64,000 nt of DNA from Candidatus Daviesbacteria bacterium (GTDB lineage: Bacteria > Patescibacteriota > Microgenomatia > Daviesbacterales > UBA10151): positions 130,290 through 194,289 of the forward strand of contig JACPKP010000003.1 in assembly GCA_016186955.1 (NCBI GenBank), given 5' to 3'. Below, piece by piece: positions 21,056-30,871 of the stretch. A model generated the notes under the pieces. It was not told the DNA's origin. It made no database searches and worked only from the letters and a program-made list of their open reading frames with translations. Positions within the stretch are counted from its first letter, which is position 1. The number at the start of each line of letters is the position of its first letter. The position numbers and the translations under genes were made by a program.

Positions 21056-21467
21056 AAGTATGTCCGGTTTACATTTCAGGGATGATATCTGGTTGCTTTC
21101 CAGGCTGGACTGGTTGTGGTCCGGTTATTTTAAGGATGTTAAGCAGACAAACCCGGTTTTTATAAAATTCGGCAGGTTCTCAAAATACAGGTTAGGTTCA
21201 ATCAGGCTTGACCGCAAAACAGGCCATTCCCACATTACTATCACCAGTATGTTTAAGGATGAAACAATCCCGGTTGCAATAATTGACCATACAATTGCCC
21301 ATGAACTCTGTCATTACACCCATGGTTTTTCTGCGCCCGGGCCCAGGCTGCATAAATATCCCCATCATGGAGGTGTGATCAAAAAAGAGCTGGAAGGCCG
21401 GGGTTTGCACCACCTTGTTAAAGCCTATGCGCTATGGCTTAAAAGTTATAGGAAACTGCTTAGATAA
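21045..21467 (+). CDS. SprT-like zinc metalloprotease domain protein
   Basis: TIAHELCH (HExxH) and downstream PHHG. Confidence 0.7.
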   Translation: MMSKSMSGLHFRDDIWLLSRLDWLWSGYFKDVKQTNPVFIKFGRFSKYRLGSIRLDRKTGHSHITITSMFKDETIPVAIIDHTIAHELCHYTHGFSAPGPRLHKYPHHGGVIKKELEGRGLHHLVKAYALWLKSYRKLLR

Positions 21468-21511
21468 ATACTGCTTGGTTTTTTTGGCAATCTATGTTAT
21501 ATATCCGCTAA

Positions 21512-22108
21512 ATGGAACCGTTGCAGGAATCTTTACGCACCTACAAACTGCCCCTCGCACTCAGCCTTTTGGGGGTAGTTCTGATAATTGGCGGTATTTT
21601 TTCGTCAGGGTTTTTAAGTAAACCAAAAACCTATCCTAAAGCATCATTGGTTAATGGGGGAAATACAACAACAAACCAGATCAAAATAGATGTTTCCGGC
21701 GCGGTTTCCAACCCCGGAGTTTATACCCTCAGTTCAGATTCCAGGGTTGAGGATGCAATAAAAGCTGCAGGCGGGTTTAGTTCTTTTGTCAGTAATGAAT
21801 TTATCGCAAAAAGTCTAAACCTGTCCCAAAAATTATCAGACAGTATGAAGATATACATCCCTTTTGAGGGTGATTCAGTTGCTATCAACCAAGGTGCAGG
21901 GTTAAGCGGAGGAGGCATTGGCTCAAATAAAATAGGGTTAAATACCGGTACACAAACCGAACTGGAATCTTTACCCTCTGTCGGTAGTGTTACAGCTTCT
22001 AAAATTATCTCAGCCAGGCCGTATTCTGACATCAGTGAGTTAAAAACCAGGAAAACAGTGTCAGTAGCAGTTTTTTCAAAGATCAAAGATTTAGTTGACC
22101 TCCATTGA
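21512..22108 (+). CDS. comEA: Competence DNA receptor ComEA
   Basis: TM, SLBB domain (DVSGAV.NPGVY, AAGG), HhH (LESLPSVGSVTASKII). Confidence 0.92.
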   Translation: MEPLQESLRTYKLPLALSLLGVVLIIGGIFSSGFLSKPKTYPKASLVNGGNTTTNQIKIDVSGAVSNPGVYTLSSDSRVEDAIKAAGGFSSFVSNEFIAKSLNLSQKLSDSMKIYIPFEGDSVAINQGAGLSGGGIGSNKIGLNTGTQTELESLPSVGSVTASKIISARPYSDISELKTRKTVSVAVFSKIKDLVDLH

Positions 22109-23118
22109 ACAAATTTTTCCTGGTAGCCACAGCCTTGTTTTTAGCCCTGTTTTTGTTCAGGGTAGGTCAGACAGGAGGTTTAAGTAAACCCGGTATTGAC
22201 CCGGAACTGGAAAATTTGAGTTCAGGGTTTATACCCTCCAGGGATTTTTTGGCAGGTAAAATAGAGGAGATTTTGCCCCAGCCTCAGGCAGCTCTGCTGG
22301 CAGGAATCCTTTTGGGTGTAAAATCACAGTTGCCTAAAGATTTTAACAATGCCTTGCGTAGAACTTCCACCATCCATATTGTGGTTGTTTCAGGCCAGAA
22401 CCTCTCCCTTTTGATCGGTTTTTTAATGAAGTTGTCCTTTTTGGGCAGGCGCAAGATGACTTTTGTCTCTTTTGCAGTAATAATATTGTACCCGCTTTTA
22501 ACAGGGCTTCAGGTGCCTGTTCTTAGGGCTGCTTTGATGATTGGGTTGGCATCAGCAGCCCAACTTTTAGGCAGGGAAAGGGATGGTGTGTGGATTCTGC
22601 TACTGACCGGTTTTGCTATGCTCCTTTACAACCCAAACTGGATTTTTTCCATCTCATTCCAGCTGTCATTTTTAGCCACAGTTGGGGTAATTGTGGTGGC
22701 TCCCGAATTGGTAAAAAAGTTAAACAGAGCGCCTGAAATAATCAGGCAGGATTTGGGAGTGTCCCTGGCTGCCCAAGCCCTAACCTGGCCTGTGATAGCT
22801 GCCAACTTCCACCAGGCCAGTTTAATCGGGGTGGTGGTTAACACTTTAGTGCTTTGGACAATTTCTTTTATTATGGTCAGCGGGGTAATAGCTTTGGCAG
22901 GAGTATTAACCAGCCCTGCTCTGGGCAGTCTGTTGGCTCTTATCCCCGGGGTGTTGCTCACTTATTTTATTTATGTGGTAAGTTTTTTTGACCGCCTGCC
23001 CCTGGCCAGTATTTATGTGGGGCGCCTGTCACCTTTGGTTTGGGTAGGGTATTATATCTTAGTTTTAGGGCTATTTTTGTGGCTGAAAAGTCTAAAACCA
23101 AATGAAGCCTTGACTTAA
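22105..23118 (+). CDS. comEC: ComEC/Rec2 competence channel (core domain only)
   Basis: HIVVVSGQN, VLRAALM, SISFQLSFLAT. Confidence 0.92.
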   Translation: MNKFFLVATALFLALFLFRVGQTGGLSKPGIDPELENLSSGFIPSRDFLAGKIEEILPQPQAALLAGILLGVKSQLPKDFNNALRRTSTIHIVVVSGQNLSLLIGFLMKLSFLGRRKMTFVSFAVIILYPLLTGLQVPVLRAALMIGLASAAQLLGRERDGVWILLLTGFAMLLYNPNWIFSISFQLSFLATVGVIVVAPELVKKLNRAPEIIRQDLGVSLAAQALTWPVIAANFHQASLIGVVVNTLVLWTISFIMVSGVIALAGVLTSPALGSLLALIPGVLLTYFIYVVSFFDRLPLASIYVGRLSPLVWVGYYILVLGLFLWLKSLKPNEALT

Positions 23119-23145
23119 TTTAATATACATGTACAATATGTACAT

Positions 23146-23397
23146 ATGATAAATTTAAAGGTCTTTTATGCAACTGAGGCTAGAGGTAAGCTTTTTGAGC
23201 TTTTAAGGCTGGTAGAGAAAGGGCAGGAGATTATGATTATTAAAAAAGACAGTAACTCCAAATTCAAATTGAGCCTTATTAAAAAAGAGGGTAACTCCTC
23301 TAAAGCATCTTTGGCTCAAAATTTGGCAGGGTTAGATTTTAAGAGTAGATCCCCGCAGGAGATCAGCCGGATTATAGAGTCCGGGTTCCGGTTATGA
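23146..23397 (+). CDS. Phd/YefM-type antitoxin
   Basis: ATEARGKLFELL..V..G..I.I; overlaps a PIN gene. Confidence 0.75.
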   Translation: MINLKVFYATEARGKLFELLRLVEKGQEIMIIKKDSNSKFKLSLIKKEGNSSKASLAQNLAGLDFKSRSPQEISRIIESGFRL

Positions 23398-23819
23398 ATG
23401 TTTTATACTTGGATACCAATATTTTTATCTATCTTTCAGATGCCCAATCTATTTACCACAAAGACTCCCAGGCCTTCATAAATTACTGCCAGAGAGAAAA
23501 GATACTGGTCGCTACCTCTGCAGAGACCATCCAGGAGATTATCCATTATTCTAAAAATACAAAACAGCTCAAAAAAGGGTTAATACTTGCCGGGGTTGTG
23601 CTGAAGATGGTAGATGAACTGTTTCCGGTTACCCAAACAACAATCAGGATTTTTTTGGAAGAGGTTAAAAGATACCCTAATATTAAAAGCAGGGATCTAG
23701 TCCATTTCAGCACCTGTTTGGAGAATAAAATTGAAAGACTGGTTACCTATGACCGGGAGTTTACCTCATTAAAAGGGGTTAAGGTTTTAAACCCCGCCAA
23801 TTTTACCCATAACCCATAG
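23394..23819 (+). CDS. vapC: VapC PIN-domain toxin
   Basis: YLDTNIF, E, RD..H, LVTYDREF. Confidence 0.88.
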   Translation: MNVLYLDTNIFIYLSDAQSIYHKDSQAFINYCQREKILVATSAETIQEIIHYSKNTKQLKKGLILAGVVLKMVDELFPVTQTTIRIFLEEVKRYPNIKSRDLVHFSTCLENKIERLVTYDREFTSLKGVKVLNPANFTHNP

Positions 23820-23939
23820 TTGATTTTGAGCACAATCCGTCATATAATTTAACCCTGCAATCTTTGCTTTGGGTAAAACCACATCTGATGTGGCGGAAAG
23901 GCCAAAGATTACAGAGGCAAAATATTGAAGGAGTCTCAG

Positions 23940-24350
23940 ATGACACAAGCAGAGAGAGAAGTGTCAGCAGAGGAATGCCCTTACAGGGATGAGGAGACTG
24001 CCTTTGTTGCAGGAATAGACCCATCCCTTTTAAGGGATGCTGTGAGCACCCGGGTGGATGAGAAAGCATTGCTCAAAGTAATGCTTGTACCCTTAGGTGG
24101 GGCTCTCAGGAGACATCTGGATATGGTCCCCCCAAGAGACTGTTTCTTCCGTATGGCAAGATTTCTGGCCAGGCGGATGGAAAAGTATTCAGGATGTTTT
24201 GCGTGGAACCACCTGCTGGGTTCTGCAGCAACTCCTCCTGGAATAAACATCAGTTGCAACGAGGGGCATCTTGCACGTTGTCCTTATTGCCAGAGGGATG
24301 TTAGGCAACTCAGGGACAAGTTGCCTAACTACAGGGAGTTCTATATCTAG
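23940..24350 (+). CDS. Hypothetical protein with C-terminal HxxxCxxC zinc motif
   Basis: AAGGAG before ATG 23940; HLARCPYC. Confidence 0.55.
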   Translation: MTQAEREVSAEECPYRDEETAFVAGIDPSLLRDAVSTRVDEKALLKVMLVPLGGALRRHLDMVPPRDCFFRMARFLARRMEKYSGCFAWNHLLGSAATPPGINISCNEGHLARCPYCQRDVRQLRDKLPNYREFYI

Positions 24351-24407
24351 GTAGCAGAATGAGTAAGGGAGAGCCGCCCCTCTCCTGCCTCCACCCTGCT
24401 GCTCAGT

Positions 24408-24441
24408 AGGCGCTGGGGAATAGTTTCCCCGGCGCCTTTTT
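24408..24441 (+). terminator. Intrinsic terminator
   Basis: AGGCGCTGGGGAA-TAG-TTTCCCCGGCGCCT-TTTT. Confidence 0.65.
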
Positions 24442-24584
24442 CATTGAAACGGTTGTTCCGTGTTTTATCCATAACATAATATGGTCCGATCGGATCAAAT
24501 AATGTTATCAAATCACTTGATGAACAAGTTTGCACTTCACGCTGAGAGTTGCAAACTTAAGTTAAATGAGTTTATCATTAGTTT

Positions 24585-26537
24585 ATGTACAAGCAAAAAA
24601 TTGAGAAAGATTTAAAAAGTATTGTAAGAGACCTGGACCTGCCTGCCCTGACTGCCGTCAGGCAGGCCGGCAAGCAGGGATTTGTAACCCATGATATAGT
24701 TTGTAGTATTCCTGATAATCCCAAATTCGGGGATTATACCACGAATATAGCGTTACAACTGTCTAAACAAAAGTCTAAAAAAAGTTATCAGACACCCGCA
24801 GAGATTGCTAATGAAATCTTAAAAAAATTTGGACATCCCCAATACCTGGAAAGGATAGAAATAGCGGGTGCAGGTTTTATCAATTTTTTTCTGAAAAATG
24901 AGGCGCTCGTTGCCATCCTGAAGGCAAAGCCTGGAACAAGTCCAGAGATTCTTCGCTTCGCTCAGAATGACAAGAAAGTTGTTCAGAATAACAAAATAGG
25001 CAAGCGCATTTTGGTTGAATATGCCAGCCCCAATACCCATAAAGTATTCCATATCGGGCATCTGAGGAATATTATTACCGGTGAGGCTATCAGCAGGCTT
25101 TTGCAGTTTCAGGGCAACGAACTTTTCCGGGTAACCTATACTTCTGATATAGGACCGGCTGTAGCTAAAGCTGTTTGGGGGGTATTGAAGCTGGACAAAG
25201 AATTTAATACTGCTAAAAAGGCTTCCCTCAGAGAAAAAGCAGAGTTTTTAGGTAAGGCTTATGCAATGGGCGCTAAAGCTTATGAGGGTGACCTTAAGTC
25301 TAAAGATGAAATTGATGCCATAAACAGGGGAATTTATAAAAAAGACCCGCAATTTGTACCTCTTTGGGAGGAGACTAAAAAATGGAGCGCTGCATATTTT
25401 GATTCTATTTACAGCAGGATGGGTACGGAATTTGATGCATATGTTTGGGAGTCGAAAGTGGAGGAAGAAGGTAAAAAAACCGTTGAGCAAAACCTGGACA
25501 AAGTATTTTTCAAAGATGAGGGGGCGGTTATCTTTCCGGGCGAAAAATACGGCCTGCATAACCGGGTTTTTATCAATTCCGTGGGTAACCCAACCTATGA
25601 GGCTAAAGAGATTGGAGTGACTTTTAAAGAAGAGAGCTTGTTCCCGTTTGATTTGGCGATCCATGTTGTGGCAAATGAACAATCAGAGTATTTTAAGGTT
25701 GTGATAAAAGCGATAGAACAGGTTGAATCAAGGATGGCAGGCCGGAAAAAACATCTGCCTTATGGTTTCGTAAACCTAACAACAGGGAAAATGTCATCTA
25801 GGCTTGGGAATGTGGTTGGAGCAGAGGAACTAATTGACTCCGTAAAAGAAGCTATCCAGCAAGGTTTTCCTAATGCCCAAAATGATGTACGATCGCACAC
25901 AATTATGGGAAATATTGAAAAGATAGCCATTGGGGCTGTTAAATTCTCATTTTTGAAATATTCACTCAACTCAGACATCGCGTTTGACATCAAACAATCA
26001 ATTTCCCTGCAGGGGGACAGCGGGCCGTACCTGATGTATGCTTATGCGAGGATCAACTCTTTGCTTGAGAAAGCGGATTCAGAAGTACTCAGAAAAACTC
26101 AGAAAACCAGTAAATCAGATAACCTGAAACTCCGGAATTCTGGTGCACAGAGTTATTTGCAGAAGCAAAATACCTCGAATCTTGATTCGAGGATGAATGC
26201 TTCAAAAAGAACTTGTCCCGCTTGCGGGATACCCTGCTGCTTGCAGCAGGGAGGGGTTCATTCCAGGTCATTCGAACTTGAGCCAGAGGAGCGGGAAGTT
26301 TTGAGACTGCTTGAGTATTTTGAATTTATGGCCAAAGAGACAGCCTCAAAGTACCAACCAAATAAGCTGGCTGAATATTTGCTCAGCCTGGCTAAGGCTT
26401 TTAACTTATTCTATGAAAAATACACCATACTTTATTCTGAGAAAGAACCATTTAGGTTGGCTCTTTGTGTCAGGGTTGGTGAAGCATTAAAGCTTGGGTT
26501 GTATCTGCTGGGGATTGAGACTGTGGAAAAAATGTGA
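24585..26537 (+). CDS. argS: Arginyl-tRNA synthetase with in-frame repeat insertions
   Basis: FGDY, GFINF, SPNT.K.FHIGH, KMSSRLG, GPYL.YAYAR, LLGIETVEKM. Confidence 0.97.
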   Translation: MYKQKIEKDLKSIVRDLDLPALTAVRQAGKQGFVTHDIVCSIPDNPKFGDYTTNIALQLSKQKSKKSYQTPAEIANEILKKFGHPQYLERIEIAGAGFINFFLKNEALVAILKAKPGTSPEILRFAQNDKKVVQNNKIGKRILVEYASPNTHKVFHIGHLRNIITGEAISRLLQFQGNELFRVTYTSDIGPAVAKAVWGVLKLDKEFNTAKKASLREKAEFLGKAYAMGAKAYEGDLKSKDEIDAINRGIYKKDPQFVPLWEETKKWSAAYFDSIYSRMGTEFDAYVWESKVEEEGKKTVEQNLDKVFFKDEGAVIFPGEKYGLHNRVFINSVGNPTYEAKEIGVTFKEESLFPFDLAIHVVANEQSEYFKVVIKAIEQVESRMAGRKKHLPYGFVNLTTGKMSSRLGNVVGAEELIDSVKEAIQQGFPNAQNDVRSHTIMGNIEKIAIGAVKFSFLKYSLNSDIAFDIKQSISLQGDSGPYLMYAYARINSLLEKADSEVLRKTQKTSKSDNLKLRNSGAQSYLQKQNTSNLDSRMNASKRTCPACGIPCCLQQGGVHSRSFELEPEEREVLRLLEYFEFMAKETASKYQPNKLAEYLLSLAKAFNLFYEKYTILYSEKEPFRLALCVRVGEALKLGLYLLGIETVEKM

Positions 26538-26605
26538 CTTCTTTAGATCCTCTTTGCATATCTTGTGACCACATCGAAGTTAGCGTATAGTGGGTTACAA
26601 AGCAA

Positions 26606-26707
26606 CGCTCGGGGTCCTGTCAGCGAGCAGCCCCATTCGACGTCCTCGCTCCTAACAAGTTCGCTACGGGCGGTCAATGGGGCTCCCCGCTCGCTGCCAC
26701 CCCTCGC
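26606..26707. repeat. Long imperfect GC-rich palindrome upstream of mreB
   Basis: GGGGT..CAGCGAGC.GCCCCATT...AATGGGGC..GCTCGCTG..ACCCC. Confidence 0.6.
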
Positions 26708-26713
26708 TATAAA

Positions 26714-27733
26714 ATGTTTAACTTCAGTAAAAAGATCGGAATAGATTTGGGCACTGCCAACTCCCTGGTTTATGTTTTGGGTGAGGGGATTGTGATGAAT
26801 GAACCTACTGTTGTGGCAGTTTCCACCATTGACAACAGGGTGTTGGCAGTGGGGAATGAGGCCAAAGAGATGTTGGGGAGGACGCCCGGCAATATTACAG
26901 CCACGAGACCCATGCGTGATGGGGTGATAGCAGACTATGTCATAACAGAAGCGATGTTGCGCTATTTCATCGACAAAATTTGCGGTTCATCAAGGATTTT
27001 TAAGCCCGAAGTGATGGTTTGTGTGCCTGCTGGTGTGACCTCTGTAGAAAGGAGGGCGGTGATGGATGCAACTCTTTCTGCGGGTGCCAAGATCGCATAT
27101 TTGATAGATGAACCTTTGGCTGCAGCTATTGGTTCCAATATCCCGATTGCCAACCCTTCAGGCAACATGATTGTAGATATCGGTGGTGGAACCACCGAGG
27201 CTGCCGTGGTCTGTTTAGGGGGAGTTGTGGTACACAGCAGTGCCAGGGTTGGGGGGAATAAAATTGATGAGGCGATCGCTTTTTATATACGCAAAAAATA
27301 TGGTTTGATCATCGGTGAGCACCAATCCGAGTCTGTCAAGATCCAAATAGGCAATGCCTTGCAGCCTGCCAATAATTCTGATTTTAAACAGATGGAAGTC
27401 AGGGGGCGGGATAGCGCTACAGGTTTGCCCAGGACTATTCTGTTGCGTTCTGATGAGATAACTTTGGCCATAGAGGATACGTTAAAAAAAATTATCGGGG
27501 CTGTGAAAGGGGTTTTGGAACAGACACCTCCTGAGTTGGCATCGGATATAATAGATAAAGGGATTGTGATGTCCGGGGGGACATCAATGCTTACCAACCT
27601 TGATAAGCTGATGACCCAACAAACAGGTGTTCCCTGCCACATAGCTGAAAACCCTTTAATGTCTGTAGCTTTGGGTACAGGGATGGCGTTGGAGAACTTG
27701 GATCTCTATAAGCGGTCAGTAAGCAAACGTTAG
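26714..27733 (+). CDS. mreB: Rod shape-determining protein MreB
   Basis: IGIDLGTAN, EPLAAAIG, DIGGGTTE, TPPEL. Confidence 0.96.
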   Translation: MFNFSKKIGIDLGTANSLVYVLGEGIVMNEPTVVAVSTIDNRVLAVGNEAKEMLGRTPGNITATRPMRDGVIADYVITEAMLRYFIDKICGSSRIFKPEVMVCVPAGVTSVERRAVMDATLSAGAKIAYLIDEPLAAAIGSNIPIANPSGNMIVDIGGGTTEAAVVCLGGVVVHSSARVGGNKIDEAIAFYIRKKYGLIIGEHQSESVKIQIGNALQPANNSDFKQMEVRGRDSATGLPRTILLRSDEITLAIEDTLKKIIGAVKGVLEQTPPELASDIIDKGIVMSGGTSMLTNLDKLMTQQTGVPCHIAENPLMSVALGTGMALENLDLYKRSVSKR

Positions 27734-27841
27734 AATTTGAAATTTTAAATTCGAAATTTGAATTGAAATCTAATGAAATTCATTGAAAATTAAAAATTGT
27801 AAACCTGTCTGCCGACAGGCAAGATTGAAAATTTTTAAAAT

Positions 27842-28753
27842 ATGAAGATTCTAATCACCGGCGGCGCTGGTTTTATAGGTTCGCACATCTCTAAACTCCT
27901 TTTGGATCAGGGGGAGAAGGTAGTGCTTTATGATAATTTGTCCAAATCCACCAAACAATATTGTGATAGGCGGGCAGAGTTTATCAAAGGGGACATCAGG
28001 GACTCAAAATTGCTCAAAAAAAGCCTTAAGGGGATAAATGGGGTGATCCATATGGCGGGGTCAACAGCTGTTGATGAGTCTGTAAAACAGCCGTTATTTT
28101 ACCTTGATAATAACATTGCCGGGAGTGTTACCTTATTTGAAGCGATGAAAGAGGCGGGTGTCAAAAAAGTAGTTTTTTCTTCCAGCTGCACTGTTTATGG
28201 TTTTCCTGACAATCTGCCTATTAGGGAAGATGCTCAGATTCAGGCTACCAGCCCGTATGGCGCTACCAAGGCCTCCATAGAAAGTTTTTTGACCTATTAT
28301 AATTATTTGTATGGGTTTGATGTAATCATCCTGCGCTATTTTAACCCTTATGGGATTTGGGAAAGCCACAATCCTGAAACCCATGCTATCCCGAAGTTTA
28401 TTAAAGCAGCGCTAAGTAAAGAACCGCTTCCTCTTTATTGGAAAGGACAACAGGTCAGGGATTTTATTTATATTGAGGATTTAGCCAAGGCGCATATTGC
28501 CCCGCTTAAACTTGAAGGTTTTCATATTTTTAATGTGGGCACAGAAAAAGGGACAAAAGTAATTGATATAGTTAATATTATATCTGATATATTGGGTTAT
28601 AAGTTAAAAATTAAGGATTTGGGAGAAAGGTCTGGTGATATCCCGGCAAATTTTGCCTCAAGCGCCAAACTGCAAAAAGCTACGGGTTGGAAAGCAAAGG
28701 TTAGTTTGAAGGAAGGGTTGAGAAGGACAATAGAGTGGTTTAAAAATAATTAA
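27842..28753 (+). CDS. galE: UDP-glucose 4-epimerase
   Basis: TGGAGFIG, SSS..VYG, YGATK, LRYFN, ETH.IP. Confidence 0.85.
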   Translation: MKILITGGAGFIGSHISKLLLDQGEKVVLYDNLSKSTKQYCDRRAEFIKGDIRDSKLLKKSLKGINGVIHMAGSTAVDESVKQPLFYLDNNIAGSVTLFEAMKEAGVKKVVFSSSCTVYGFPDNLPIREDAQIQATSPYGATKASIESFLTYYNYLYGFDVIILRYFNPYGIWESHNPETHAIPKFIKAALSKEPLPLYWKGQQVRDFIYIEDLAKAHIAPLKLEGFHIFNVGTEKGTKVIDIVNIISDILGYKLKIKDLGERSGDIPANFASSAKLQKATGWKAKVSLKEGLRRTIEWFKNN

Positions 28754-28781
28754 GCTTGTAGTTATGCTACACTTTTAGCAT

Positions 28782-29915
28782 ATGGTCATAGGTTTTGACG
28801 CTTCCAGGGCTTTTACAAAAGAGAAGACAGGCACAGAAAATTATTCTTACCAACTTCTTTTGTATTTAGCTAAGATAGATCACAAAAATCAGTACATTTT
28901 GTATTTAAGGCCAAATAATGCAACGATCGTTGCAACAAACGTTTTCCCTGAAAATTTTCAGTTTAAAATCATTAACTGGCCAAGGTTTTGGACTCAAGGG
29001 GGGTTGGCCCTGCAGACCTTCACAGATAACCTGGATGTTTTGTTTGTCCCCTCCCATACATTGCCATTGTTCAGGAAACCCGGGTTAAAAACAGTTATGA
29101 CAGTGCATGACCTTGGAGCAGAATATTTACCCTCAATGCACCAGCTAAAACAGAAGCTATACCTGGATTTTATTACCAGATTCCAGCTTAAATCTGCCAC
29201 GAAATTAATTGCTGTTTCCAAAGCGACAGAAGCGGATTTAGTAAAAAAGATCAATATACCGGCAAATAATATAGAAGTAATATATGAGGGTATAGATAAT
29301 CAACTCTTTAGACCCCTTAAAGGTGAGATATTAGTTGATAGTTTGAATAAGTTTGACCTTAAACAAGGGGAGTATTTTTTATTTGTGGGGACAGTACAAC
29401 CAAGGAAGAATTTATGCAGATTAATAGAGGCATTTGGCAAATCTGATTTACTGAGTCATTCTGAGTTTTCTGATATAAAACTTGTTTTTGTGGGCTCTAA
29501 GGGCTGGCTTTCTGATGAGATTTATGCTTTGCCCAAAAAACTTGGGATAGAGGATAGGGTTAAATTTTTGGGCCATGTTGATAATGCGGATCTGCCCGCA
29601 CTGTACTGCGGGGCGGCAGCGCTTGTTTACCCCTCGCTGTTTGAGGGCTTTGGATTGCCGATTTTGGAGGCTTTTGCATGCGGTTGCCCGGTGTTGACTT
29701 CAAATATCTCATCCATGCCTGAGGTGGCTGGGGACGCTGCTTTACTGGTAAATCCTGTAAGTGTTGAGGAGATAACGGATGGTATGATTGAGTTGGTAAG
29801 TGATAGAGATTTAAGGGAAAGGTTAATCAAACAAGGTTTTGTCCAGGCAAAGAAGTTTAGCTGGGAGAAGTGCGCAAAAGAGACTTTAAGAGTACTTGAA
29901 AATCTTAAATTTTAA
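28782..29915 (+). CDS. Glycosyltransferase family 4
   Basis: PRKN, PSLFEGFGLPILEA. Confidence 0.92.
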   Translation: MVIGFDASRAFTKEKTGTENYSYQLLLYLAKIDHKNQYILYLRPNNATIVATNVFPENFQFKIINWPRFWTQGGLALQTFTDNLDVLFVPSHTLPLFRKPGLKTVMTVHDLGAEYLPSMHQLKQKLYLDFITRFQLKSATKLIAVSKATEADLVKKINIPANNIEVIYEGIDNQLFRPLKGEILVDSLNKFDLKQGEYFLFVGTVQPRKNLCRLIEAFGKSDLLSHSEFSDIKLVFVGSKGWLSDEIYALPKKLGIEDRVKFLGHVDNADLPALYCGAAALVYPSLFEGFGLPILEAFACGCPVLTSNISSMPEVAGDAALLVNPVSVEEITDGMIELVSDRDLRERLIKQGFVQAKKFSWEKCAKETLRVLENLKF

Positions 29916-29924
29916 AATTTTATT

Positions 29925-30067
29925 ACGAATTTCGCAGTTGTCATTGCGAGGACTCCGACGAATGTCGGAGGACGTAGCAATCTAGCTTGCCTCCAAAAGA
30001 GGGGTGTGCTATCAAGATTCCTACGCGAACTATGTTCGCTCGGAATGACAGAAAGTGCGAAATTTGT
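29925..30067. repeat. MITE/REP-like element
   Basis: GTCATTGCGAG...GCAATC...GATT...CTCGGAATGAC core inside ACGAATTTCGCA/TGCGAAATTTGT inverted repeats. Confidence 0.72.
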
Positions 30068-30073
30068 GTTCAT

Positions 30074-30871
30074 ATGAAAGTCGATATTCTTGGAATCAAA
30101 ATAGACAAGATAGGGATAGCTGAAGCTGTTCAAAGTGTGGAGCAGTGGGTGGGAGACAAGGATAAGCATTATATAGTCACTCCTAATATAGAATTTGTAG
30201 CGGTTGCACAAAATGACCCAAGCTTTAAGGAGATTTTAAACAGGGCTGATTTGGCTATCCCTGACAGCTCAAGGTTTGGTTGGGCGCAAGATTTAATTCA
30301 GGAGAAAAACAGTTTTAAAAAGATACTTAAATGGCCTTTTTTTATATTTCCGAAAGCCCCTCTTCTTATGGCATTTGAAACTGTAACCGGAACTGATTTG
30401 ATGTATAAGTTGATCAGCGAAGCTGCAGATAAGGGTTTTACAGTAGGATTTTTAGGAGGAAAAAATCAGGTAGCAGACAGGTTGGCTAAAGCGCTAATTG
30501 AGAAATATCCCAAACTGAAAATAACTTATGTTAATGGAGAAGTGAGAGTTGATAATAACGGTGACGTCATTGTTGATCCCCGCGATGACGGATTGGAGAT
30601 ACCTAAAACTGATGTGTTGTTTGTGGCTTTTGGCCAGGTAAAGCAGGAGAAGTGGATAGCTAAAAACTTAAAAAAATATCCTGTCAAAGTAATGATGGGT
30701 GTGGGCGGGGCTTTTGATTATTTGTCCGGGGAAGTCCCCCGCGCACCCCAAATAGTCAGGAATTTGGGGTTTGAATGGCTGTTTAGGTTAATGATCCAGC
30801 CTTGGAGGATAAGAAGGTTTGGCAGCTTACTTCAATTTATATGGCAGATATTGGCAGCAAGGTCATTATAA
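30074..30871 (+). CDS. WecB/TagA/CpsF family glycosyltransferase
   Basis: VTPN.E, KQEKW, GVGGAFD, RAP, EWLFRL..QPWR; start moved to ATG 30074. Confidence 0.92.
   Translation: MKVDILGIKIDKIGIAEAVQSVEQWVGDKDKHYIVTPNIEFVAVAQNDPSFKEILNRADLAIPDSSRFGWAQDLIQEKNSFKKILKWPFFIFPKAPLLMAFETVTGTDLMYKLISEAADKGFTVGFLGGKNQVADRLAKALIEKYPKLKITYVNGEVRVDNNGDVIVDPRDDGLEIPKTDVLFVAFGQVKQEKWIAKNLKKYPVKVMMGVGGAFDYLSGEVPRAPQIVRNLGFEWLFRLMIQPWRIRRFGSLLQFIWQILAARSL

Noticed and set aside
23855-23915. c-di-GMP-I riboswitch
   Set aside because: Only loose similarity; GNRA tetraloop, receptor and second stem not found
26215-26245. Zinc finger (CPAC..PCC) in ArgRS
   Set aside because: The cysteines derive from an inserted DNA palindrome
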